Part shown: piece after piece, positions 50,946-61,837 of the stretch
How the letters are laid out: every line of letters begins with the position of its first letter
How positions within the stretch are numbered: the stretch's first letter is position 1
Assembly (NCBI GenBank): GCA_030324005.1
Contig: JARDVH010000193.1
Coordinates: 92,359,807-92,423,806, forward strand
Direction of reading: 5' to 3'
Length of the DNA stretch: 64,000 nt
Origin: Negaprion brevirostris
Taxonomy: Eukaryota
Notes under the pieces: model-generated
What the model was told of the DNA's origin: nothing
Seen by the model: only the letters and a program-made list of their open reading frames with translations
The model's database searches: none
Translations under genes and position numbers: made by a program

Positions 50946-51160
50946 GGGTGGCACGTTAGCACAGTGGTTAGCACTCCTCCCACAGTCCAAAGGTTGATTG
51001 GCCATGCTAAAAATTGCCCTTAGTGTCCTGAGGTGCATAGGTTAGTGGGTAAATATGTAGGGAAATTGGGGTAGGGCCTGGGTGGGATTGTGGTTGGTGT
51101 AGACTCGATGGGCTGAATGGCCTCTTTCTGCGCTGTAGGGTTTCTATGTTTTTTTATGTT
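50946..51160 (+). mobile_element. HE1-like SINE with internal deletion
   Basis: GGGTGGCACGTTAGCACAGTGGTTAGCAC joined to CCTCCCACAGTCCAAAG; tail GGTTTCTATG. Confidence 0.85.
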
Positions 51161-51209
51161 CTTATGGAGTGACATGGCACAGTTCTCCAAAACAGCTTTT
51201 CTCAATTTT

Positions 51210-51531
51210 GTGGTAACAGTGGTTAGCACTGCTGCCTCCCAGCACCAGGGACCCAGGTTCGATTCTGGCCTCAGACGTCTGTCTGTGTGGAGTTTGCACA
51301 TTCTCATTGTGTCTGTGTGGGTTTCCTCCGTGTGCTCGGGTTTCTTCCCACAGTTCAAAGATGTGCAGGTTAAGTTAATTGACCATGCTAAATTGCCCAT
51401 TAGTGTTAGGGGAATTGGTAGGATAGAAACGTGGGGTTACAGGAATAGGTCCTGGGTGGGATTGTTGTCGGTCCAGGCTCAATGGGTGCATGGCCTCCTG
51501 CTGTACTGTAGGGATTCAATAATTCTATGAT
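51210..51531 (+). mobile_element. HE1-like SINE
   Basis: Box A, box B (GGTTCGATTC), V-domain and tail ATTCTATGATT. Confidence 0.9.
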
Positions 51532-52049
51532 TATTTTAAAAGTAACAATCTTTAAAGGTCAACCTGTATTTTGTGGTTTGGCTTTGTTAATAAGAGGAGA
51601 AATTTATCATTTTCTTTAGTGGTAAAGTAATGTTGGGCAGTATTTTCTGGTCCCACCAATGACATGTTTTGTGGTTGTGGGAAATTCAAAGCGGGTCCAA
51701 AAGTCAGATTGCCGTCAGCGGATAAACAAGTCAGAATGTTCTCCTTGCCATTTTTATGGCAGGTCAGCTTTCCTATTAATTCATATCATGGAAGCTATTT
51801 TCATGCATTAGCTTATCATGAATACTCATTAAAACCACAACTTGCCAGAATCACATTTCCGCTTCCCAACTACATGCCACACTGGCCAGAAGTTATATCT
51901 GTCTAAATCATGACCAGATATAAATGGTCTGAAGCTGTCTACCCTCACTTCATTCGTGACTTTGAGGTAAGTGCAACATTCATAGCCTGCCTGCAACAAT
52001 ACTGCTCCACTTCCTCAGCAATGCCAGTGTTAGCCCAAACTGGTGCAGT

Positions 52050-52257
52050 TGTATGATGAGGCTGCTCACAGTGGCTGTCTCAGCAGTTGAGCTGGGCTGT
52101 TCATAGTGGCTGCCTTGGGTGTTGAGCTGGGCTGTTCATAATGGTTGCCTCAAGTTTTGAACTGTCCTCTTCTGTTTGCAGTGGCTGCCTCCAGTGTTGA
52201 GCTGATCTGTTCACAGTGACTTCCTTGGGTGTTACACTGGGCTGTCTGTAGTTACTG
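52050..52257. repeat. 35-bp minisatellite, about 6 diverged units
   Basis: GTTGAGCTGGGCTGTTCATAGTGGCTGCCTTGGGT units start at 52086, 52121, 52156, 52196 and 52231. Confidence 0.85.
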
Positions 52258-54539
52258 TGATTGCCGTGCTACTGTGGAAGAACAATATTGTGTGCTGCAA
52301 GTCATGGGCAGGCCTGCATTGTAGAACACAAGACAGTATAGCAACCAAGGTTTAGGGGTGAGAAGTGACACATATGGGGGTGAAGGAGATTTGGTAGGAT
52401 TTGAAATGGAGGGAATGACAGCAGAATCAGTAGGATGAATTGGATTTGGGAGGGTTAGGGTGGGGAAGGGATTTATGACAGACATTGGGGTTCAATTTGC
52501 ATGAAGAGGAGGGGGTGCACACAGAGTGTGGAGTACAAAGGCAAGAGTTAGTATGGCATAAGAGGGGTGGGTTGCACAGACACTCATTGAGCGGGGTGGG
52601 TGGAGGAGATGGGGAAGGGAAATGGTCTTGGGGTCATTTATTGAGGAGCCAGATAGAAGAATGAAAGTCAGTCATTGTCTGGGACTGAGGTCAGGATGAG
52701 AGACTAAAGACAGTACTGGAGCTCTTTGGACTTCCTAGTCAGGGTGAAACATTAAAAGAAGTACTGGGGCTCTGTGGGCCATGCTTCAGAACTATGCATG
52801 GCATGCAAGTCATTCTGCTCCATGAAATGGCAAGGCCTGCTTACTCTACAGGACTCAGGCACAGCAGGACGTAATTGTAATAGGTTAACAGCTCAATAAT
52901 GGGCTGCAAATGGTGATCATCAAGGGAGGAATCTTAAGTCTGTAAATGGGGAAACCGTAATAAAAGTGGATACTCTATTATGTGGGGAGGTGACCACGTG
53001 CACACTCTAGAGATGGGGACTGGTGAAGTGCACTTAGGGCATGAGAATGTCAACAGCCATAAGTTCAGTGGGGAGGGCAGGAATATCCACTACACCAGGT
53101 AGACTTGATGCAGTCATGACCTCCTAAATGAGATGCTGCTTGGTATCTCAGATGTGTGCACATGGCTGGGGAAACCATCATGGCTGCAGGTCTTTGGCAC
53201 AAACAATGAAGACAACTATATGATAATGCGGCAACCCTGCAATACAACTGAGCAAATGTACTCCATGGTGCCTTTAAATGAAAATCACTTCCTAATGGTT
53301 TGCAACCAGTTTCAATGGAGAATTTGACATGCCCCCTGACATTAGATAAGGGATGAGTAGATAATCTGAGTCAGTTAGACATCACATGTATGTGAGGCTC
53401 ACAAAGGGAGGCCACATAGTTGCATATGCATGACAGTCCCAATGACAAGACCATGCATTTATGTAGATGCATGATATATGCAGTTAGTGAACACCCAAGA
53501 TTGAACACCCATGACCCACAAGTATCCAGAATACTTAGTTTTTCTAATCTCACTGTTATATCTTGGAAGATCCCCGACATCCACAGCAGAGATCGAGGCA
53601 GCCTGCTCACTGCTACATCTATTGCTTTTGACTTTATCAGGTCTTCTCTGGAGGGTCCTGGGCTGCTTTGTGTCTCTTGCTCTCCTCCACCTGTGCAGCT
53701 TGAGGTGATGGGAGTCACATGCAGAGGGAATTGGGATTTACTGAACATTTGCACAGTCACCTGAGTGGATGTTCCCAGATGTCCAACTGCAGGTCTCCTC
53801 CCTTTTAGTGCTTGAAGACTACTCCCTGCCTGACTCTGAGAAGAAGGGGTATCAGGAAGGAGACAGGTGCCCCTTCTCCCACTGCTTGCCTAACCACTGA
53901 TGGATCCTAAAATTGGATAGTGAAAGTCTAAGCGAAAATCTGGCAAAACCTCCTTGATTAAGGCCTCTAAGGCACCTTCCCATGGAGACTTCAAGGTGCT
54001 CGCATGTCAGACAACAGCATTTGATAGAATGCAGACAAATTCCTCCATCCTTCACTATGGTCTGTTGACTGCCTACCACAACTCTACCTGATGTTCTGCT
54101 GTCTGTTTACAACAGTCAGTTTACAGCATGTTTACGACAGTCATTCCTGGCTCATCATCTGACCCAGACTTAGTGAATGCATGTTCTCCAGCAGTCCTGG
54201 GCTGTCACTGCCTCTGACTGTTGTGGAGATGTGTCCGTGAGATGTTCTCCAGAAAGTGACTCCAAATCTAATCTAGATCTGTGACCCACTGGGGTGTTTG
54301 TCTTTACACTGCTGGAAGGTGCAGGTGAATGCTGTGATTGGTCTTTTTTCAAATGGATCCTCAGCATCCTTCTCAGATGTTTTGGGGCTGAAGCTTATGT
54401 TACCTATGTTGGTCTGTCTGTACGTGCAACTATCTGTAAAGAGAAGCTGATGAACAGGCTGAGTACAACATTGCAAGTCACTCACCGGATGTTAGGATAT
54501 GATTAACACATGGAGGGCTAATCTGTACTAGCTGGGAGA

Positions 54540-54670
54540 AGCTGGTTAGGTGCATTGGCCCTGCTAATTTCTCCCTTTGAGTACCCAAAAAGGCACCAGA
54601 ATATGGTAACTAGGGGATTTTCGCATAACTTAATTTGCAGCATTAATGTAAGCGTACTTGTGACAGTAAA
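54540..54670 (+). mobile_element. 3' part of a V-SINE variant with a different tail
   Basis: GCTGGTTAGGTGCATTGGCC..CTAGGGGATTTTC..TTAATGTAAGCGTACTTGTGACA. Confidence 0.6.
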
Positions 54671-55816
54671 CTTCATAATTTTTTATCTCGTATTTGCTAC
54701 AAAAGACCTGTCCTCCCCTGCCAATTCGAAGGTATCTTCCTAGAAGTTGGAGAACTTTGACCTCATAAGGTGCCGGCGAGCAGATGAATTAGTGCCCACC
54801 CTGTCATGTGATTCAGTGAACAGCTCACTTATGTATAGTTGAAATTTTATGCACAAGATTGAGAATGTGAACATGATGTGCCATTCATAGGGATACTTGC
54901 TGCTAATTCCATCTACCACTGCAATTAGACTCTAGAGTAGAAAAGTCAACCCCTTATGTGAAATTGGAGTTTAAATATTAGGAGGTGTTAATAAGTAAAT
55001 ATTAACACTAAAAGGATTGCAGTTTAAACATAAATTGTTAGACATAATACTTTGCATGCGCTGAAGCATCTTAACATTTTATTTTTTACAGCATCTGAAT
55101 GTGGTATGTAAATTGGTACTGGTATCCTCGAGCAATGCTGGAACCTTTTTTACTGACCAATAAAATAACCGTACTCTTCCAATGTTTATTTGAACTTAAA
55201 TACACCAATGAAAATGAGTTAACTTGGTGTCAATTTTAATAACCCTAGTACTTGTGAATATTAAGGGCAATTATGATGATCAGTAAGTAGATTTTAATTC
55301 AAATGATAAAATATCATTCCCCTTTGATTTCCTTGCTCTCTGCAGTTTCTGCCATCAATTGTAAGATGCTTTGAATTCTAAAACCATATTAAAAGTGGTG
55401 CAATAAAGAAAGGGAGCCATGTCTGGTTTATTTGATAAGTGAGCCTTCAACATGTAAATTTTGATACCATTGAAGTGTTCTATCATTTCTGTTCATTGAC
55501 GCACAATTTTAATGCTGATTAATCCTGGGAAAATTTATTATGTCAGAGTGACCGAAAGAGAGTGCAGTAGCAAATTCAGCAATGGGAGCAAGTTTAGAGC
55601 CTGAAGGCATTTGAGGCTGGTTCGAACACATTCTGGATTGATTTCTGTGATTTTCACCATTTATCTGTGAGAACTGAAACTCAGTGGCCTCAATTATTGT
55701 TCTATGTTCATTTGTTAATGCACTTAATTATCCACTTTGTGATAGCTGATATCAGTGACTGTTTGAGGCGTGGCAGGTTTTTTGTTTAAATAGTGTACAC
55801 AGGAACTGATTAGAAG

Positions 55817-55893
55817 TTTTTTTTCCAAAAATATACTTTATTCATAAAAATCTCAATTAATCTATTGCAAACGTACAGGCCATTAAATAGCAA
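55817..55893 (-). mobile_element. 3' end of an L1/Tx1-type LINE, cut by a gap
   Basis: Minus strand TTTATGAATAAAGTATATTTTTGGAAAAAAAA (polyA signal plus A tail). Confidence 0.55.
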
Positions 55894-56683
55894 NNNNNNN
55901 NNNNNNNNNNNNNNNNNNNNNNNNNNNNNNNNNNNNNNNNNNNNNNNNNNNNNNNNNNNNNNNNNNNNNNNNNNNNNNNNNNNNNNNNNNNNNCCATAAA
56001 TTCTTCTAATGACCTTCCTGCAATTATAACTACTAATTAGAGTGCAAAAGAATATCTACAGATCACAAGCAAAGAATAAAATAAGCAAATATCCTAACCA
56101 TTGATGTTTAAGATCTCACCATTTGAAATAATGGCTATTTGGACATCTTTATATATTTAAGAATCATGATACATTAAAAATAGACAAAGTAGAGACATGT
56201 CTCGAACAAACTCCCTGCCTGACTATATGTCTAAGACACCTGATATTCAAACAGACTCTAAGAATATTAAATCACATGCTTGGTGTTAAAACACATTTTG
56301 CCATGGAACATTACTTAATGCAAGAGATAAACGCACAAAGCAACCTATTGTACCAAATATGTATGTAAACAGGCAGAATCTACAAACTTGCCACTCATTC
56401 TATCTCCTGCTAAGAGTGCAGTCAACAGAATTCTGTTCTGCAAGGCCTCTTCGTCAACAAAGATCCTTTTGTTTATTTGTAAGTATTAAACTTCTTAGAA
56501 ATGTATTATAGATTGATATGAGATACTTCAAGATTTTCCATGTTTAGACGTATCCTTCTCTTAGAGAAGTTAGTTTGTTAACAGATGACAAAGGACTGTT
56601 AATCAATTTATAGTTTTAAATCTGCAATTCTGTACCTGACAATTGAGAGTATTTTATAATAAAATACTATTAGAAATAAACAG

Positions 56684-57475
56684 TGTAATCATAATTTCAC
56701 AAATCTTAGATCCTAGACGCTCATTTAGGATGAGACAAGGATTCATGTCCAACAGAGATAGGGGGTTTAGTTATGAGTGACAAATCCAAATATTGTCTAT
56801 TAGAAAGGAACTGAAATCCTGTTTAACTGTTTGAGACATAAAAGTCATCTCCCCCTTGTGACAGCTATTCTGAGTCTTAGCAGAGAAACAGATTTCCCTC
56901 TTTTGGTGGCTTAGCTTGATATCGGCTTGTAAGATAGCCCCTTCGGATCTGGAATACCTGAACTGCTCACAGTGGCTGTTAAGAAACAACAGCAGACATT
57001 GCAATTGCAGGTGAGAAGAGAGTTCTCCACCTTAGTTCTCCACTAGGGATATGAAGAATTGGGAGCATTTTCATTCCTCCACAGGACAACTATAACTCAG
57101 CAAAAATGCATTAACAAACTGTTTCAGGCCCAAGAATAGTACAATATATGAAACAATTCTCTTTCAGTGCACTGAGGAAGAAATAAATGAGGTAATTGAT
57201 TAGTATTGTATGCAACTGTGGCCACCAGATATCAAATATGACTTTGGTGATGTTGAACAGAAAATCAAAACACAGGTATTCAAAGGTTGTCTCTCCTGCT
57301 AACTGTATCAAAAAGCCAAGACAGAAAGATGTCAGAGCTGCTGGTGTTAACAGGAACAATTCTAGAGCAACTTAAGTTGAAGCAGTAGCTTCCAAACTTC
57401 AAGTTCAATCTTCTGAAAAATGTCATTAATCACAGACCAAGAAATCAGTTCCAAAGTGACAATAATGGTCTCACA
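56684..57475. mobile_element. Possible solo LTR
   Basis: TGTAA..TCACA ends with AACAG / GACAG flanks (5-bp TSD with one mismatch). Confidence 0.4.
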
Positions 57476-57789
57476 GACAGAACTTTGACTTGTCTGAGCA
57501 GTCTTCCACTGTGGGGTGGTGCTTCAGTGTAAAAAGGTACAGCTCACCAGGCAAAATGTCATGCTGCTGGCAAACTATGTAAAACTTATGGAAAACTCAA
57601 ATCACTTGGCTTTTGGTTTTTGCTCATTAGCAATGTCAAATGTGAAGACAAATACGACCAGAAGAGTCCCACATACAATTATCACAGCAAAAAGATGAGA
57701 CAATGTAACCAACGTAGAGACCCTGAATGCTCCTTGATATACTTTTGTGCTCTCTTTCAGATAGAGCACCAGCTACATGTGACAGTGAC

Positions 57790-58140
57790 CACTGGTTGCT
57801 TGTATGTAGGTGCTTTCATGGGTACGGTGACAAACTAATTGTGCTGGAGCCTCAACATTTTACAATTTAAATAACATAATATAAAAGACTCATAATAGGA
57901 ATTAATTCAGCAGCTGAGGCATTTCAGCTCACAATATTCTGTATTTCAAGGCATGTGGAACTTTGGTGATGATCTGCTCCTACAAATAATCCTACATGCA
58001 TGGTAACAATGCCTTAGAGAATATAAATCTACCTTGGACAAAGATAAATGTTTAATGAAGGCAGAATCTGATAATTTGGTCATATGAAAGTTTAGCACCT
58101 GATCCAAGGAAAGATGAAACCATTGCAAATGCTGTGGATC
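57790..58140 (+). mobile_element. Old CR1 RT fragment
   Basis: GTGCTGGAGCCTCAACATTTTACAATT; TGCCTTAGAGAATATAAATCTACCTTG..TGGTCATATGAAAGTTTA. Confidence 0.5.
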
Positions 58141-58147
58141 TTATGAT

Positions 58148-58293
58148 CATGATGTAGAGATGCCAACGTTGGATTGGAGTAAACACAGTAAGAAGTCTCA
58201 TAACACCAGGTTAAAGTCCAACAAGTTTATTTTGTAGCATAAGCCACTAGCTTTCGGAGCACTGCTCATTCACCTGATGAAGGAGCAATGTTC
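58148..58293. mobile_element. Penelope pLTR with inversion point inside the hammerhead core
   Basis: CATGATGTAGAGATGCC..ACAGTAAGAAGTCTCATAACACCAGGTTAAAGTCCAAC..CCACTAGCTTTCGGAGCACTGCTC then CACCTGATGAAGGAGCA on the opposite strand. Confidence 0.9.
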
Positions 58294-58870
58294 GTGTAGT
58301 ATAGGAAGCCTCGATTCCCCCCGATGGCAAAATTGGAGGGTGGATGCAGAAGGCCTCCCTTGGGGTCAGTCTTCAGAGTCACTGTCACCTGTCTTTTACA
58401 GGTCCAGATCCCGTATTTGTCCATGACGTCCACGCTCTCTCCCTTCACCGCCACATACCTGGAGAGGGATGTCAGCACATCAGCCACAGGGACATAGGGT
58501 TTATATATCTGAAATATGATAACCTGGTTCCGCTGGGACGGCATGGTGAACAGGGGCTCCGCCGTCAGAATAGAGAGGGGCCCCTCTTTGCTTTTCTCCT
58601 TCAAGACTGTTAGGAACTTAACGCTTCCTGACAGGCTCCTGAAACTGACATCCATGTAGAGCTGGTTGCTGTATTCAGCCACACTGTAGACGTCTGCTGC
58701 TTGGAACCCGCAGCACTCGAACAGTACCTTCTTCACGACAAAGTCGTGGCCCACGGGTGAGTCTCCTCCCGAAGCCTTCACCCGGATGGTGTTGGGCAGC
58801 TCTTGGCCTGTAGCTCTCGATGCAGCTGCAGCCATAGCTCGATGAGAAGTTACTGAACTTCGTGACAACT
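58293..58870 (-). mobile_element. L1-Tx1 clade ORF1 (ZCCHC3-like) fragment, open frame, 3'-truncated before the zinc knuckles
   Basis: MAAAASRA..NTIRV..FVVKKVLFECCGF..DVSF..YKPYVPVADVLTSLSRY..DKYGIWTCKRQ..HPPSNFAIGGNRGFLYY; probable ATG at 58835; GC-rich relative to flanks. Confidence 0.85.
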
Positions 58871-59254
58871 CTTTTTGTGATATCTGCTACCATTCATTAA
58901 GTTTTCTTACACCATTAACCTCAATATTCCTTCCATTAAGTCTGTCTCTGAATCAACAGTGCTTAATTAATAAAAGAAGATTAAATCATGAAATGGTATT
59001 GAAGTGAATCTTCATTTAATTAACTGTTTATTTTGAAAAGGAGCTGAGATAGTGGATGATTTTCATTCTGTATTACCAATATTTAATTTCTCAATTATTC
59101 ATTCACTCACACACCCTCCCCCAAACTGCCCACTAAATGCAAAAATTGTATCTTAATCTTGATGTTTTCAGTAATTTTGTATGTCAACTTAGATCCAAAC
59201 TGGCAGAATGACAAATTTTGCTTTTAGAAGCTTACTTGGGCTTAAAGTGATTAT

Positions 59255-59733
59255 TTTATTATTTGTTCATGGGATATGGGCATCATTAACAAGGCTGCTA
59301 CTTATTGCCAATCCTGAATTGCCTTGGAATATATAATGATGAGTCACGTTCTTGAATCCAAGTGGTGCAAGTGCATCCTCAGTGAAGTGTTCAAGGATTT
59401 TAACTCAGCAACGATGAAGAAAAGTTGATGCATTTCCAAGTCAAAGTGGTACTTGTCAGGGAATGTGAATGCAGTGGTGTTCCATGTGTCTGTTGCCTTT
59501 GCTCTTTTAGATGATAGGTATCATGGATTTGGGGGATTTAGGAGAAGCCATGGTAAATTACTGCAGCGCATCTTGTCGATGGAGCACATTACAGGCACAG
59601 CATATTAGTGATAGTGCAGGAGTGAATGTTTAAATGAGTGGATTGATTGCCATTCAAGCAGGCTGCAATGTCCTGGATGATGTTGAGTTTTTGAGTGTTT
59701 TGGCACTACAATCACCCAAAAAAAAGGGAGTAT
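59255..59733 (-). mobile_element. LINE 3' region (same family as 3320-3566)
   Basis: TTGTTCATGGGATATGGGCATC..TTCAAGGATTTTAACTCAGCAAC..CAAGCAGGCTGCAATGTCCTGGATGATGTTGAG. Confidence 0.7.
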
Positions 59734-59736
59734 CAA

Positions 59737-59935
59737 GGGGCAGCATGGTAGCATAGTGGCTCGCACTGCTGCCTCACAACACCAGGGACCCGGGTTCGGT
59801 CACTGCCTGTGTAGAGTTTGCATGTGCTGCCGTGTATGCATGGGTTTCCTCCGGGTGCTCCGGTTTCATCCCACATGCTGAAAGATGTGCTGGTTAGGTG
59901 CAGTGACCCAAATGGTGGTGGGGGGACAGGGTGAT
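59737..59935 (+). mobile_element. tRNA-derived V-SINE
   Basis: GGGGCAGCATGGTAGCATAGTGG..GGGACCCGGGTTCG..GGGTTTCCTCCGGGTGCTCCGGTTTC. Confidence 0.85.
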
Positions 59936-60444
59936 GGTTCAATACTAGCAGCAGAATTAAGGTGATGTCTCCACCTTGCACCCTTGCCATCTTACTTTCA
60001 TTCACTTTTGCACGGAACTTTGCATATAGTGGAAAGATTAAAAAGCCACAACTTTGGGAAAATTGTGCTTTTACAAAAATATTTTGGTTAGTTTATTCCA
60101 TGCACAAGGGTAAATATTTCTCTACCCCAATATCTTGTTTTTGCCCAACTCCAGAAGATAAGCTCGTGAATCAATGTGACAATTCTGGACCAAATATTGT
60201 GGATTTCAGAGTGAGATTGACAGTTAATTTGAATTCAATGCATTGTTATGGACCCAAGTCTACAAGGAGCTGAGTTGCCTGGCCAATCTCATTTGAAATA
60301 GGCGCCTCTATTGCCAGAAGTGAGGGCTTTTATTCCTTCAAACTGAATTGGATTCAACAGAAGGATCCAAAAGTGAGACAGAAATATGCTAAGTGGTACC
60401 AATGAGTATCATTGCACATTGTTAGAAGAGATGTAAATGCAAGG

Positions 60445-60830
60445 AGATTGGGAAATGGAAGGATTCGGCCATTTGAGCCTGCCTGCCATTTAACTAGATC
60501 AGGGTTGATCGTCTACCTCAATGCCCTCTTCCTGCATTGTCCCTGTATCCCTTGAGATCATTGGTATTGAAAAATCTGTCAACCTCTGCTTTGAACATGC
60601 TCAGTGACTGAGTCTTCACATATCCAGGGATAGACAAACCCAAAGATTCACCAACTTTTGACTAAAGAAGTTCCTTCTTATCTTGGCCCTAACTGGACTG
60701 TCTCGTATTCTGAGCTGGTGTCCTCTAGTTTTAGACCTGGTCAATCAGAGGAAATATCCTTCTTGCATTCCTGTGTATAACCCTTGTCAGCCTTGTAAGA
60801 ATTTTGCACACTTCAATGATATTTGACCGT
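60445..60830 (-). mobile_element. CR1 LINE 3' end
   Basis: GCCTGCCTGCCATTTAACTAGATCAGGGTTGATC..CCAAAGATTCACCA..AAGAAGTTCCTTCTTATCT. Confidence 0.8.
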
Positions 60831-61837
60831 GGATATACACCATTGTGCTTCTTGAACCTAATGTTGTTGAATGCACACCCTTGTATTAAAGTATAATCAA
60901 AGCTCCTCCAAGTATACAAGAGACAAAAATGGCTTGAACAGACATAAAGTAGAAGTGCATGTAAAAGTAGTAAGTCTCAGATTATCCGCTGACTAGCATT
61001 AAGTTTCACACAGTTAACATTACACATTGATTGGTATGTGTTATTTATGTCTTGATCCCTGATGGAGTGTACCAGAAATAATCCCTTCCAGATCAAGTTC
61101 AAATTTTTCATGGGTCCTTATAGGCATTGGTGCAAAATAGTTAGGCATATTTCAGCACCAGTTATCAGTGTACTTCTCAAAGAGCCTTCTTTTTGATTCT
61201 GCCTTTACAGGTATAAAATATTGTAGAATGTACAAATATTTTCAAAGTCCTGGGAATGAATCAGGAAATTGTGATCTTCAGAAATCCAAATAAGTTGTTG
61301 CTTTCTGCTCAAACTTGAATTGAAGTGATAGCAACTGCAAATATAAAAGAATTACCCTCTTCTGATCTTCCTCTTTAATATTACCTGACCAAAATGTTAT
61401 TATCTGGCAGCATCTTTTAAAGTCATGTAACAAGTTATTCCACCAGTGCTTGCTATTTGAAGTAGTGTGCTGAAATTTCAACAGATAGAAGAGAGACCTA
61501 ACCAATTAAATTGACCTCATTTAAAATTGTGGTAATGGGATCACTAGCAGATTTGAGATTCCAGCTGGCATGGCTGAAGGTAAATTAGAGGACCTCTCTC
61601 TGATCCACCTGCCCATAGATGGAATTTGTCTAGCTTCTCCACTTGATCCTCCCTGAGATTCTTCTCCCAGATGAAGAGAAATTGAAAGATTTTTGATTTG
61701 AATGGGAATCCTAACTGAGGTAGTCAATACTCCGAGATAAATTTATTTCTGGCAAGGTCTGGAGTCTTTTCTTTTGCCTCAGCAGAGTTCAAGCAATTTG
61801 GCAGACATGAGTTATAAAATGCCCTAACAATGTTCAG

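Larger units (their letters stand above)
51635..54952. mobile_element. Probable decayed PIF/Harbinger-like DNA transposon
   Basis: GGGCAGTATTTTCT start and AGAAAAGTCAACCC end (weak terminal repeats); minus-strand Ser/Pro-rich accessory-protein-like remnants (SQHSPAPSSSVKTNTPVG, QSSPGPSR); possible transposase RYPGSxH relic near 53140. Confidence 0.35.

Noticed and set aside
52050-52257. CRISPR-like array
   Set aside because: Units are contiguous with no unique spacers, there are no cas genes, and the context is vertebrate; it is a minisatellite.
58294-58302. GTGTAGTAT matching U2 nt 31-39 at the PLE-Tx1 junction
   Set aside because: It is the reverse complement of the ORF1 Tyr-Tyr-Thr codons; a 9-mer match is plausibly chance.
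58266-58868. Host ZCCHC3 gene
   Set aside because: It lacks the zinc knuckles, ends in a Penelope repeat and sits among repeats; better explained as a Tx1 ORF1 fragment.
55817-58870. Tx1 3' end and Tx1 ORF1 as a single element
   Set aside because: Same strand, but the DNA between them shows no Tx1 ORF2 and contains older LTR-like and CR1 sequence, so the link is unsupported.
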